Shown: positions 1-8,792, counted from the stretch's first letter. The stretch: DNA of 28,623 bases from a virus (IMGVR_UViG_3300017903_003153:1-28623); one strand, 5' to 3'. Program-made: numbers and translations. The notes: generated by a model not told the origin, from the letters alone.

Positions 1-1
1 A

Positions 2-133
2 TCCAATTTTTGGATGAAGGCTTCAGACAACCTTTACTCACGAGGCAAGGCTGAGGAGCTGGGCGAAACCCGTGCTTCTCGTATGCCTGCTTTCTTCGAG
101 ACGAACGCCAAAGATCTCCCCATGTATGCCTGA
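2..133 (+). CDS. 3' end of hypothetical protein (partial, ...RMPAFFETNAKDLPMYA*)
   Basis: Open frame from position 2 to TGA 131-133; TGATG overlap with the next ORF. Confidence 0.55.
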   Translation, partial: SNFWMKASDNLYSRGKAEELGETRASRMPAFFETNAKDLPMYA

Positions 134-303
134 TGGCAGTAGCTCCATTTCAACCCGACAAGCCCACCTCCTTTCAGACCGCTCTTGACACTGGCAATGC
201 CCCTCGTAGCTCAGGCGCCCTAGCCTCTCTCCACGGGCTCACTCCCAAAAGGCCTCGGAACATCAAGTTTCGACTGGCCAAGCACAAAAATATTTTCAAC
301 TAA
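133..303 (+). CDS. 56-aa hypothetical protein (MAVAPFQPDKPTSF...KHKNIFN), not in ORF track
   Basis: Translated by hand; coupled by TGATG upstream and TAATG downstream. Confidence 0.6.
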   Translation: MAVAPFQPDKPTSFQTALDTGNAPRSSGALASLHGLTPKRPRNIKFRLAKHKNIFN

Positions 304-944
304 TGCACGACGCTAAACTTGTCTGGATCACACCAGAAGCTGAAAAGGTCATTGGCTATTGTGCCCGTGTCTCCAATCCTGCTAACCAGAACAATCCCAA
401 TGTCGCTGGTCTGTTGAGATGCTGCATTAAGAACAAGCACTGGAGCATCTTCGAGATGGCTTCCATGTGTTTAGAAATTAAGACCACCAGGGCAATTTCT
501 GCTCAGCTGCTGAGGCATTCTTCCATGTCATTCCAGGAGTTCTCGCAGCGCTATGCAGAGACGACTGAGATTGATATGCCACTCCTTCGAACTCAAGACA
601 CAAAGGACCGGCAAAATAGCATTGATGACCTCGACATGAAGGACAAGTACTTCTACACTAAGAAGGTCAAAGAATACTTTGATACTGGGCTTGACCTTTA
701 TAAGCAAATGCTTTCTAAGGGTATTGCACGTGAATGTGCCAGGGCTGTGCTTCCTATGAACTCAGTCTCTACCGTCATGATGTCGGGCAATATGCGTTCG
801 TGGCTCCACTACTGCGATTTGCGAATGGCGAATGGTACGCAATGGGAGCACAAGCAAATTGCATCAAAGGCTCAACGAATCTTCCGCGAGCACTGCCCAT
901 CTATTTGTGAGGCAATGTGGCCACAAGAGTCCACAGAATCCTAG
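303..944 (+). CDS. thyX: Flavin-dependent thymidylate synthase ThyX
   Basis: YCARVSNP, HWSIFE, QLLRHSSMSFQEFSQRY (RHRx7S-type motif, here RHS), ARECARAVLP, GNMRSWLHY, TQWEH. Confidence 0.95.
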   Translation: MHDAKLVWITPEAEKVIGYCARVSNPANQNNPNVAGLLRCCIKNKHWSIFEMASMCLEIKTTRAISAQLLRHSSMSFQEFSQRYAETTEIDMPLLRTQDTKDRQNSIDDLDMKDKYFYTKKVKEYFDTGLDLYKQMLSKGIARECARAVLPMNSVSTVMMSGNMRSWLHYCDLRMANGTQWEHKQIASKAQRIFREHCPSICEAMWPQESTES

Positions 945-959
945 TCTTTGACTTATATT
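931..959 (+). promoter_or_regulatory. Phage-type promoter copy 1: CCAC-N19-TATATT
   Basis: CCAC at 931, TATATT at 954, ATG at 982; same spacing as four other copies. Confidence 0.6.
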
Positions 960-981
960 GTTTCTGATCCAGAACTGCTAT

Positions 982-1647
982 ATGAACTTCATCACTGCCA
1001 CACTTGAACTGCGATCCCATCACCCAGACGAAATTACTCTTCACGGGATTACTTATAGCGCTGCTGACGCTGTTATCCCCGCTACTGATAGTCGTGGAGA
1101 GACTCGATTCAGGCTCCTTTGCTATTCCGGAGCAGCCTCGAAAAACGCTACCTTTAAAGATATGAAGGTAGGAAAACGTGCTCTCATTTCTGGTCATATC
1201 TGTTTTGGCGACGACCCCACCCAGCCTCTTGACATCCAGGTCTCTACTATTGAGACAAACATCCCTGGTGACATGTATGTCAATCAGGTTGTTATGGGCA
1301 ATACTTTCTTCACTAAAAAGGAACCTAAGGACAAGGGAACTGGCAAGGCGATGTTCTGCAAAATTGGTACAACCCTTGACAACAGTGATACTACAACTTG
1401 GCTTTTCCTTGAAGTCCCTGATGCACGTAAGAAGAAGCTCTCTGAGTATTATCGCTCAGGACGTAATTTTTGCGTTCAGGGTTATCTTCGTGAATATAGA
1501 GCTGGTGATAATGACGAGCCTTATCGCGCTCTTGTCGCCACTGAATTCACTGTGCGTAAAGAGAAACCTAAGCTTGCAGGCGCGACACCGAAGGCAAGCA
1601 CTGCGGTGGGCTACGACGAAATCGACCCTACGCCGGAAGGCTATTAA
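982..1647 (+). CDS. SSB-like protein, probably two tandem OB folds, with acidic C-terminal tail
   Basis: Two beta-rich halves (KVGKRALISGHI; RSGRNFCVQGYLREY) resembling the SSB VxVxGxL strand; tail GYDEIDPTPEGY; ATG 982 preferred over TTG 958. Confidence 0.6.
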   Translation: MNFITATLELRSHHPDEITLHGITYSAADAVIPATDSRGETRFRLLCYSGAASKNATFKDMKVGKRALISGHICFGDDPTQPLDIQVSTIETNIPGDMYVNQVVMGNTFFTKKEPKDKGTGKAMFCKIGTTLDNSDTTTWLFLEVPDARKKKLSEYYRSGRNFCVQGYLREYRAGDNDEPYRALVATEFTVRKEKPKLAGATPKASTAVGYDEIDPTPEGY

Positions 1648-1665
1648 TTAACTTCTCATTGAATC

Positions 1666-1689
1666 GCCCCCACTAAGGGGGTTTTTTTT
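1666..1689 (+). terminator. Rho-independent terminator
   Basis: GCCCCC-ACTAA-GGGGGT hairpin ending in an 8-T tract (1682-1689). Confidence 0.85.
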
Positions 1690-1708
1690 CTCAAATTGAT
1701 GATCATTT

Positions 1709-1740
1709 ACCCCACGTAACTCCTTCCTAATCCTTATATT
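1709..1740 (+). promoter_or_regulatory. Phage-type promoter copy 2: ACCCCACGTAA-N15-TATATT
   Basis: 11-mer identical to 7337-7347; -10 hexamer at 1735; ATG at 1764. Confidence 0.7.
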
Positions 1741-1763
1741 GATGATGTCCATGACTAATCAAT

Positions 1764-2501
1764 ATGACTCTCCAAGTACTTCCACCTGAATTACTCGAAA
1801 AGAAGGATCAAATTGAAACCAAAGAAGCGCAGCCATATTGGAAACCTTCTTCCCTGGAAGATGGTCAGTCCGAAGAGTTCAGACTCCTCGGTTGCTATGA
1901 AACAGGTCACGCAATTGTTGGATGGCAATATGCATCTGAAGCGCAAGATGCTTCCACGGGTGAGCTTAAATTTAATGGGTATGTCGTTACTCGGAGCCAT
2001 CCTGGCCAGCCTTCTGACCTTGCCCGTGAAACAGACTGGTCTAAGCCCGACCGACCCAAGATTGATGGAAGCTATGTCAAGCCCCGTCGATTCCTCGCCT
2101 GGGTTGCCACCTCAGCATCACGTAGTCGACTCGAGGTTGTGTTCATTGAACAGAAATCTCTGCGTGAACAACTGACCGAGATCCTGCAGGAAGCGGAGGA
2201 CTACACCTGGACTGAAGACGGTCTTGCCAACTTCTCTATCAAGATCACACGTAAGGGAACTGGTCTCGACACCTCCTACAGCATCTTGCCCAAGGTCCGT
2301 GCTGTGCCTGAGAAGATCAAGAAGCAGTGGGCTTCTGACAAAGAATCTATCTGGCTTCCTAACTTCTTCGAGGGCAAGGACCCTTTTGAAGGCAAGCAGA
2401 CCGAGGAAAGGGGGCTTCCGGCTGGTGGAGTTGATAAACGCGGCTCTACTGTTATGCCGAAGCAGTCAAAAAAAGCTATCCCTGACGACGCGGAGTTCTG
2501 A
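1764..2501 (+). CDS. ssDNA-binding protein, gp32-like OB family
   Basis: YWKPSSLEDGQSEEFRLLG and FSIKITRKGTGLDTSYSILP segments typical of phage gp32-like SSBs; acidic-aromatic end DDAEF. Confidence 0.6.
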   Translation: MTLQVLPPELLEKKDQIETKEAQPYWKPSSLEDGQSEEFRLLGCYETGHAIVGWQYASEAQDASTGELKFNGYVVTRSHPGQPSDLARETDWSKPDRPKIDGSYVKPRRFLAWVATSASRSRLEVVFIEQKSLREQLTEILQEAEDYTWTEDGLANFSIKITRKGTGLDTSYSILPKVRAVPEKIKKQWASDKESIWLPNFFEGKDPFEGKQTEERGLPAGGVDKRGSTVMPKQSKKAIPDDAEF

Positions 2502-2503
2502 TC

Positions 2504-2695
2504 ATGCTTGATATTACGATCGAAAAATCAGATGCAACTGGTCTTTGGAGGGCTACCTGCACTTTGGAGGGTGTGCCCCCTTTGACCATCATCCGCCACA
2601 AAGCTGATAAGGATGATCTCGAGTATGAAATCCGCCGTGCTTACTCAGATCTCATCGAAGAACTTGTCACTAAACAACTTAAGGAGTACTTCTAA
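2504..2695 (+). CDS. Hypothetical protein (63 aa)
   Basis: Tight operon packing; TAATG overlap with the next gene. Confidence 0.7.
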   Translation: MLDITIEKSDATGLWRATCTLEGVPPLTIIRHKADKDDLEYEIRRAYSDLIEELVTKQLKEYF

Positions 2696-2922
2696 TGAGT
2701 TACCCTCAAAAGCACCCTTATGGCAGCGTTGAGTACTACGCAGATTACTTCTCTGATGTAATTGCTGATGCTGGTGACGACAACGACCCCGAAGCCGCTC
2801 ATCGGATTCTGCTTGCCTTTCGTGAGGCAGTTCAATCTTGGCTGGATTACCACAAAAATTCTGCCAAGACTTACGAAGAGCTTCTTTATAAATTTCTTTC
2901 CAACTATCCAGGTACTAACTGA
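2695..2922 (+). CDS. Hypothetical protein (75 aa)
   Basis: TAATG and TGATG coupled overlaps. Confidence 0.7.
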   Translation: MSYPQKHPYGSVEYYADYFSDVIADAGDDNDPEAAHRILLAFREAVQSWLDYHKNSAKTYEELLYKFLSNYPGTN

Positions 2923-3263
2923 TGTCTACAGCAATGCAAAACCTGCCTCCTGAGATGCAGGCACGCTTAGCTCAAATCATGGCTCAAGCACAACAAGGCA
3001 ATCCCACACTTGCTGAGTCCCCTCATCAAGCAGCAATTGCTAAGCCCACTCCAGCACCAACGCCATCTTTGATGGATCACGTCATTGCGCTTCGTCAAGA
3101 GGTTGCTTCTGCACGTCAGCAGCTTGAGGCTCAGAGTCAGGTGGTTGAGGCAGTTGGTAATGCTGTTGGCCAGCTTTACCAGATGTTTCAAGTCCAGACC
3201 CAGCCTACAAATCGCGGCGCAAATTTCCAAGCGCAGGGCGGGGTAGAAGAGGGTGAGTACTGA
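2922..3263 (+). CDS. Gln-rich coiled-coil hypothetical protein
   Basis: Coupled start; heptad-like LMDHVIALRQEVASARQQLEAQ. Confidence 0.7.
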   Translation: MSTAMQNLPPEMQARLAQIMAQAQQGNPTLAESPHQAAIAKPTPAPTPSLMDHVIALRQEVASARQQLEAQSQVVEAVGNAVGQLYQMFQVQTQPTNRGANFQAQGGVEEGEY

Positions 3264-4026
3264 TCGTCCCTACCGCATCCAGACGGACGCCGGCCATCGC
3301 AAGTACCTGTGCTCAGGGCTGTATATGCCCTCAGTCACAACGGTGCTCTCAGCTACTGAGACTGAGAAGTCGAAGGCTGGTCTCCGTACCTGGCAGAAGA
3401 ACAATCCAGGTGCACTTGAGGAGGCTTCAAAGCGCGGTTCAGCTATCCACAAGTGTTGTGAGGACTACATCAGAGGGCTGCCCATTGACTGCCCTCCTGA
3501 GTATTCCGGATTTTGGTCTGGGATCTCGACCTATCTGGATTGGTTTGATACGATTCACTGGTCAGAGCGACCACTCCGAAAGGACTGGTACCACCTGCGT
3601 AGTGACGATAAGGAAGTTGCCTATGTCTGGTCCACTGAGCACCTCTACGCCGGTTGCCCTGATCTAATTGGGGAGATCGGTGGAGTTCGGGTGATCGCGG
3701 ACTTTAAGACAAGCAACGCACCGTATTCAAACTGCTTCCCCGATCGAGGGGATCGCATTGGCTTTGGCGGCTTCAGGAAATATCAAAAGTGTGCTCAGCA
3801 AATGGCTGCGTATCGCTTGGCTCTTGAAGAGAGAACTGGATATCGCTGTGACGTTGCCTTGATCATCGCCACCACCGAGGAGACGACTCAAGGCATTTTC
3901 ATTGATGGTGACCAGATGGAGTTATATGAGTCTCGTTTTTTAAAACGGGCTAAACAGTTTCACGAGATGGAGAATAATGAAGCTCAGGGTGTCGATTCAC
4001 CAGGAGATGCACAACAAGGAGACTAA
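3253..4026 (+). CDS. PD-(D/E)XK phage exonuclease (RecB/Cas4-like superfamily)
   Basis: PSVTTVL, RGSAIH, YAGCPD, ADFKTS, QMAAY motifs. Confidence 0.85.
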   Translation: MSTDRPYRIQTDAGHRKYLCSGLYMPSVTTVLSATETEKSKAGLRTWQKNNPGALEEASKRGSAIHKCCEDYIRGLPIDCPPEYSGFWSGISTYLDWFDTIHWSERPLRKDWYHLRSDDKEVAYVWSTEHLYAGCPDLIGEIGGVRVIADFKTSNAPYSNCFPDRGDRIGFGGFRKYQKCAQQMAAYRLALEERTGYRCDVALIIATTEETTQGIFIDGDQMELYESRFLKRAKQFHEMENNEAQGVDSPGDAQQGD

Positions 4027-6283
4027 GCCTGCTCACGGTTGGTCTCCCCAAGCTGCAACACTCCAGTTCCTAATGAAGTGGGTTTGCGCCGGTCATGGCT
4101 GGTGCGCCACTCATTTCCTGAATCGCCATCGTCTTGCTGAAAATGCAAGAGGCAGCAACCTCGTCGTTGTTGACGTTGATGGTGACACAAATCTCGATGA
4201 CTTCTGGAACACACCAACGGCTTTGTCTTGGTGTGCTGCGACTTATACGTCGTGCAGTCATACCGACGAAGCCCATCGCTTCCGAGCTCTCTTTCCACTT
4301 GGTTATGAGCTAACCAGTGCTGCTCAGCACAAAGCTGCTTATTTCCTTATCGCTAACAGGCTCATGGCTGACCTTGGCCTTGAGTCCTGGAATGACCACT
4401 GTGGTCAGAAGCCCGAGCGCCTTTGGTACGGCAATTCAAATGCACTCGTACTCTTCAACGAGTTCGTTTCCTATGAACTTGTTCCCGCTGACATCCTTAA
4501 AGACATCGAAGTCGAAGAGGAAGTCGAGTTTATCAAATCAGACATCACTGATCTTGATCTGAAACGCTGTAAATGGTTGCTCAAGAACTTCATACACGTC
4601 ACTGAGGATGGCGAGTATGAGCAGAGCGAACACCCCAACCGTTCTGGCTATGTCCAGGTCCTCTCTGCTTGTGCTGGCATTGGCGAAGTTATCTTTGATG
4701 ACTGGGTTGACTGGGTGTCCCGTGGTCATCACGGCGAGAAATCGTCAAATATGTCATCAGCAAAATGGAAGGGCATTGGCAAATTTGGCGGCCATCAACG
4801 TCTTTATGGCATTGCCAAGAAGCAGGATCGAGATTGGAAATTAAAACTTCCCCCTGAATTGCAGTTCCGTGCTGCTGGTACAGCTGTTGGCTATACCGAA
4901 ATTGATCCTGAACCCATCTACGAAACAAAAACTGAGGATAAACCCGTGACTATCGAGGATAAACCCATGACTATCAATGAAGAAATCGATCCAGAACCTG
5001 AGAAGCCAAAACGAGGCCGTCCTGCTCAGTCTGAGGACAACTACGCCAACCAACGCATTCAAGATGTTAGAACAGTTCAAGAACTTCTGCCAAATATTGG
5101 TATCAATCTTCTGACTGGTCAGATTGAGTACGACAATCCCCGCACTGGCAAGAAGGAAGCACTTCAGGGTAATGATATGGAGATTATGTCTACCAAATTT
5201 TCTTTTGAGAACGGGATCTACATTCCTGAAACACGGTGTAAAAATGCCATTCTCTTTGCAGCCAAGCTAAACCAGTTTGATCCGCTCACTCAGTATTTGG
5301 ATCGTTGCGTCAAATCTGCATTGCCACATCCTGAATGGGACAAATGTGGAAAGGTTTTTCTTGGCAATAACCATATCCTTGCAACACAAGCTTTGCAGCG
5401 GTTGATGGTTGGCGCTGTCGCACGCGCCTATAACCCAGGCTGCAGCATGTCCTGGATCCCAATTCTTGTCGGTGCTCAAGGGGCCGGCAAATCAATGTTT
5501 GCCCGCAACCTTGTACCTGACGATTTCTTCGCTGAAGTTACCACTCCTCTAGAGCTGCTTATGAAGGAGCAGTTTAGGCTTCACACGGGTTGGGTTCTTG
5601 AACTTCCTGAAATTGATAACTTCTTTTCAGTCAAAAATATCGAGAATTTTAAAAATCTTATTACAACTCGTGTTGACGAAACACGTAGACCATATGCCAG
5701 TCTTCCAGAAAAGATGCGTCGTCGTTTCATTATGATTGGTACGACTAATAGAAGTCAGTTTCTGATTGACGCAACTGGTAACAGGCGTTTCATCCCGATT
5801 GAAATCCCACCCAATTTCAACATCCCATTCAAAAAATTAGAAGCAGAGCGTGATCAGCTGTGGGCAGCTGCTGTAAATGCATATCGCGAGAATTTTCAAT
5901 ACGAATATAAGGCTGATGAGATTGGCAAAATCACTACTTATATTCAAGAGTTCGGTGATCCGGATCCATGGCTCGAAACTATCAATGACTATCTCAAGCC
6001 AAAGACTGAAATCACTACTGCAGAAATTTTGGACAAGTGTTTGCGCATCGACTCTCTCAAACAGGATCGTCGCCTATCTCGTCGTGTCGGTGACGTACTG
6101 ACATCACTTGGCTGGCGTCGATCTGTTATTGCCTTCTATGTCCACATTAAAAACAATAGAAGGCTTAAGGACGACGAACGTGACAACTATCCAAAGGATG
6201 AGGTTAGACGCAAAACACAAAGAGTTTGGCTTCGACCTGAAGATCAACCTATTGAAGAAGACCACATTCTTAATGAGTTTTAA
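3977..6283 (+). CDS. Primase (AEP-like N-terminus, PriCT-like domain) fused to a VapE/VirE-type P-loop helicase
   Basis: VVVDVDG, YTSCSH..HRFRALFPL primase motifs; Walker A GAQGAGKS, Walker B LELPEID, IGTTN..FLIDATGNRRF. Confidence 0.88.
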   Translation: MKLRVSIHQEMHNKETKPAHGWSPQAATLQFLMKWVCAGHGWCATHFLNRHRLAENARGSNLVVVDVDGDTNLDDFWNTPTALSWCAATYTSCSHTDEAHRFRALFPLGYELTSAAQHKAAYFLIANRLMADLGLESWNDHCGQKPERLWYGNSNALVLFNEFVSYELVPADILKDIEVEEEVEFIKSDITDLDLKRCKWLLKNFIHVTEDGEYEQSEHPNRSGYVQVLSACAGIGEVIFDDWVDWVSRGHHGEKSSNMSSAKWKGIGKFGGHQRLYGIAKKQDRDWKLKLPPELQFRAAGTAVGYTEIDPEPIYETKTEDKPVTIEDKPMTINEEIDPEPEKPKRGRPAQSEDNYANQRIQDVRTVQELLPNIGINLLTGQIEYDNPRTGKKEALQGNDMEIMSTKFSFENGIYIPETRCKNAILFAAKLNQFDPLTQYLDRCVKSALPHPEWDKCGKVFLGNNHILATQALQRLMVGAVARAYNPGCSMSWIPILVGAQGAGKSMFARNLVPDDFFAEVTTPLELLMKEQFRLHTGWVLELPEIDNFFSVKNIENFKNLITTRVDETRRPYASLPEKMRRRFIMIGTTNRSQFLIDATGNRRFIPIEIPPNFNIPFKKLEAERDQLWAAAVNAYRENFQYEYKADEIGKITTYIQEFGDPDPWLETINDYLKPKTEITTAEILDKCLRIDSLKQDRRLSRRVGDVLTSLGWRRSVIAFYVHIKNNRRLKDDERDNYPKDEVRRKTQRVWLRPEDQPIEEDHILNEF
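4934..4975 (+). repeat. 2 x 21-bp tandem duplication in the primase linker (EDKPVTI/EDKPMTI)
   Basis: GAGGATAAACCC(G/A)TGACTATC twice, one mismatch. Confidence 0.9.
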
Positions 6284-6290
6284 GTAAACT
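6262..6290 (+). promoter_or_regulatory. Phage-type promoter copy 3: CCAC-N19-TAAACT
   Basis: CCAC 6262, TAAACT 6285, ATG 6320. Confidence 0.5.
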
Positions 6291-6319
6291 TAAACAGTCA
6301 GGAATGTATATAAGCTTCA

Positions 6320-6562
6320 ATGCTTGCAAAAGATATTCAAATCGGACAACGTGTTCGTGTTATTCCTAATGGAATGACTGCTTTGATTGTTGGTCGTCCT
6401 GAGTATTATTCACCTAATGCTCAGCTCGTCCGCATCAAATATGAGGATAGTACTCGTTATGAGTACATGATTAATCCTCTTATTGAATTGCTACCCCAGG
6501 TTGACCAATACCCTGCATTTGGCGGCACTCATCAGCGCACACAAGGAGGTACCGATGTCTGA
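6320..6562 (+). CDS. Small SH3/KOW-like beta protein
   Basis: IQIGQRVRV..GMTALIVG..LVRIKY pattern. Confidence 0.6.
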   Translation: MLAKDIQIGQRVRVIPNGMTALIVGRPEYYSPNAQLVRIKYEDSTRYEYMINPLIELLPQVDQYPAFGGTHQRTQGGTDV

Positions 6563-7337
6563 GGCAAAACCCAAAGGCACTGGCCATGCTTATGGCAGAC
6601 GCAACTTACAACTTTCAAACACCTCTGAAGAGGGAGAACTTTGTATCTATAGCGGCCACTCCGTAGGTCGTTTCTCTGCTTCCAGCATGCGGTACGACAG
6701 CCATCAAGCTTGTACCCGTTGTGTTGCTGCAGCCCGTGAGGGGCGTCTTAGTTTTGATGTCAGTCGTCTTCTACGCAAGCACCGCAAACGTGCTTTGAAA
6801 TTTTGGTCACAAGTTGATATCTCCGAACCTGATGAATGCTGGAACTGGCAGGGAGTGATTAATACCAAAACCGGTCAACCACAGTTTGCATGGCGTCGTC
6901 ATGGAATCTCGAGTTCAACTCAGCATCACCCTCAGCGCGTTGCTATGTGGTTTACTTGGGGTGATCTTGGATATACAGGTGTTAAAACTACTTGTGGCAA
7001 TAAGTATTGCTGTAATCCTTTTCACCTTATTCCTCAGAATATTGGAGTCTTTGTAGACGACGATAGCTACATTGAAAGTTTTGAGCTTGCAGTTCAAATT
7101 CATACTCTTAAACAGCAAGTTATGGAGTATCAGATGGAAGAAGCAATCAAAGAAGAGCAGAAACTTTTGGGTGATCCAGATGCCATTGAGCGTTCTGGTC
7201 TACTGTTCGAAGACGATGCAGATTTTTCTGATCGCTTGAATGCTGTAATGACTGATTTGGTTCAGGGATATCACATTTCGCAAATTGATCCTGGCAAAGA
7301 TCATGACTTAAATGATCACATTGATAATGCTGAATAA
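6555..7337 (+). CDS. His-Me/HNH endonuclease-derived protein with degenerate active site
   Basis: AGGAGG at 6544 then ATG 6555; FWSQVD..DECWNWQG, RVAMWFTWG, VKTTCGNKYCCNPFHL (canonical VxHxCDNxxCxNPxHL). Confidence 0.7.
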   Translation: MSEAKPKGTGHAYGRRNLQLSNTSEEGELCIYSGHSVGRFSASSMRYDSHQACTRCVAAAREGRLSFDVSRLLRKHRKRALKFWSQVDISEPDECWNWQGVINTKTGQPQFAWRRHGISSSTQHHPQRVAMWFTWGDLGYTGVKTTCGNKYCCNPFHLIPQNIGVFVDDDSYIESFELAVQIHTLKQQVMEYQMEEAIKEEQKLLGDPDAIERSGLLFEDDADFSDRLNAVMTDLVQGYHISQIDPGKDHDLNDHIDNAE

Positions 7338-7368
7338 CCCCACGTAATACAACTTTATCTCTTATTCT
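7337..7368 (+). promoter_or_regulatory. Phage-type promoter copy 4: ACCCCACGTAA-N15-TATTCT
   Basis: 11-mer identical to 1709-1719; -10 at 7363; ATG 7389. Confidence 0.7.
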
Positions 7369-7388
7369 TAATAAAGAGTCTAATCGAT

Positions 7389-7811
7389 ATGTCTCGACGC
7401 ACAGATTTAATCCAACAGCTCATCAGATCTGATAAGTTTGGTGATGAGAAAGAGCAGGAGCAGCGCTTTCTAGCTGCCACTGCTGAGCTGATTCTGACTG
7501 ACCTTATTAACATCTCTATTAACGGTGTTAAAACAAAAGGGGCAGGATCGCTGGTCATCAATCTAATCAACGATTCTTCTGTCTATATGTCCGGTGAGGA
7601 CGTAGAGCGGGACATCGCTGCTGCTGAGTCTGCTGAAGATTCTGAAGTGCTTGATTTTCTTCGGTCCCTGATCGAAAAAATTGACGAAACCGATTGGTCC
7701 AAATATGTCTTAATTACTTTGATCAGCGATGCAGGAACAAGAACTTTTGAAGTCGAAGCAGGAGGGAGCCAAGAAAGCCTCCGAACGCTCGCATCTGAAT
7801 TTAGCGGATAA
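7389..7811 (+). CDS. Acidic hypothetical protein (140 aa)
   Basis: ORF directly after a promoter motif, in operon context. Confidence 0.75.
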   Translation: MSRRTDLIQQLIRSDKFGDEKEQEQRFLAATAELILTDLINISINGVKTKGAGSLVINLINDSSVYMSGEDVERDIAAAESAEDSEVLDFLRSLIEKIDETDWSKYVLITLISDAGTRTFEVEAGGSQESLRTLASEFSG

Positions 7812-8397
7812 ACTCAAATCCTCTGGATTAAAACTTCCCCTCTATCCAACTCCTCAGATCATTGAACGAGCACGTACTGTTATGGGGTCTATTGATTTTG
7901 ACCCTACTGCTGATCCCGTTCAGCAAGTACTTGTGGACGCTACTTCTATTCCTTCTTTAGAAGTCAATCCACTTCAAGAGCATTGGCACGGGAATGTTTG
8001 GGTTGCCCCTAAGGGTGCTGTCCGTAACTCACGCATCTGGTTAAACAAGACCATCAGTGAGTATCGCAATGGGCATATCAAGAGCTTTGTGTTCTTCTCC
8101 AGTGCTTCTGAACTTCTTCGTGCTTCCCCAGTGATCTGGGACTATCCCGTCTGCATCCCATTCAAGCGAGTCAAGCAGCTACGAGCCACCACAAAAGGTT
8201 TTGAACCTGTATGCCCCTCGACATGGAATTTTCTGGTTTACGGTCCGCCGATGGATCAGGTCATGTCTGATGTCGATAAAATCACGTTCTTTTATAACAC
8301 CTTCCGTGATATTGGCCGTATTATCTACAACGAGTATGCGGGTGATAACTGGTTCAAGGATCTCGAATATTTTGAGGAGACTAAGGGGGAGATCTGA
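7729..8397 (+). CDS. Phage Dam-like N6-adenine methyltransferase homologue lacking NPPY
   Basis: YPTPQIIERARTVMGSIDFDPTA matches the family YTP..ARxVMGxIDLDPAS; WHGNVWVAPKG in place of WxGxVxxNPPY. Confidence 0.65.
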   Translation: MQEQELLKSKQEGAKKASERSHLNLADKLKSSGLKLPLYPTPQIIERARTVMGSIDFDPTADPVQQVLVDATSIPSLEVNPLQEHWHGNVWVAPKGAVRNSRIWLNKTISEYRNGHIKSFVFFSSASELLRASPVIWDYPVCIPFKRVKQLRATTKGFEPVCPSTWNFLVYGPPMDQVMSDVDKITFFYNTFRDIGRIIYNEYAGDNWFKDLEYFEETKGEI

Positions 8398-8792
8398 TGC
8401 CAAAGTCTATCAATGAAGCTGCCTTGATGAAGCTTCCTTCAGGACATGTCGTGCACCCATCACGCCTAATTCATAAGGACGGAATCCTAATGTGGAAGCA
8501 CGCTTGTCAGAGCCCTCCTTCATGCCAAGCACACGAAGCGCACATACAAAAAACTGCTCAGCGTTTGGAAGAGCTGAACAGTTGGATTATGCCTTATTTT
8601 GAGCCTTGGGAGGCTCTTAAGGTACTTCGCTGGTATGACCCTGCAGATCCTGAACTAACTGAGGGCATTTCTCTTTATTTTGTCCACCATCACCTAGATA
8701 CTGAACTTATATACGACATGCTCAAGAACCACATATATGATCACGAGACTCTCCAGCTACGAGATTCAAATATATTCTTCAGCCGCTGCTAG
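8397..8792 (+). CDS. Hypothetical protein, possibly a degenerate peptidase M15-like fold
   Basis: HIQKTAQRLEEL..LKVLRWYDP..EGISLYF resembles NIxxxAxxLExxR..ITSWYRP..HxxGxAxD without the Zn ligands; product call is weak. Confidence 0.55.
   Translation: MPKSINEAALMKLPSGHVVHPSRLIHKDGILMWKHACQSPPSCQAHEAHIQKTAQRLEELNSWIMPYFEPWEALKVLRWYDPADPELTEGISLYFVHHHLDTELIYDMLKNHIYDHETLQLRDSNIFFSRC

Noticed and set aside
3253-4026. Cas4-like nuclease as a sign of CRISPR
   Set aside because: No repeat-spacer array or other cas gene in the window; ordinary phage replication exonuclease context
4934-4975. 21-bp tandem repeat as origin iterons
   Set aside because: Only two in-frame copies in a flexible linker; a simple duplication is sufficient
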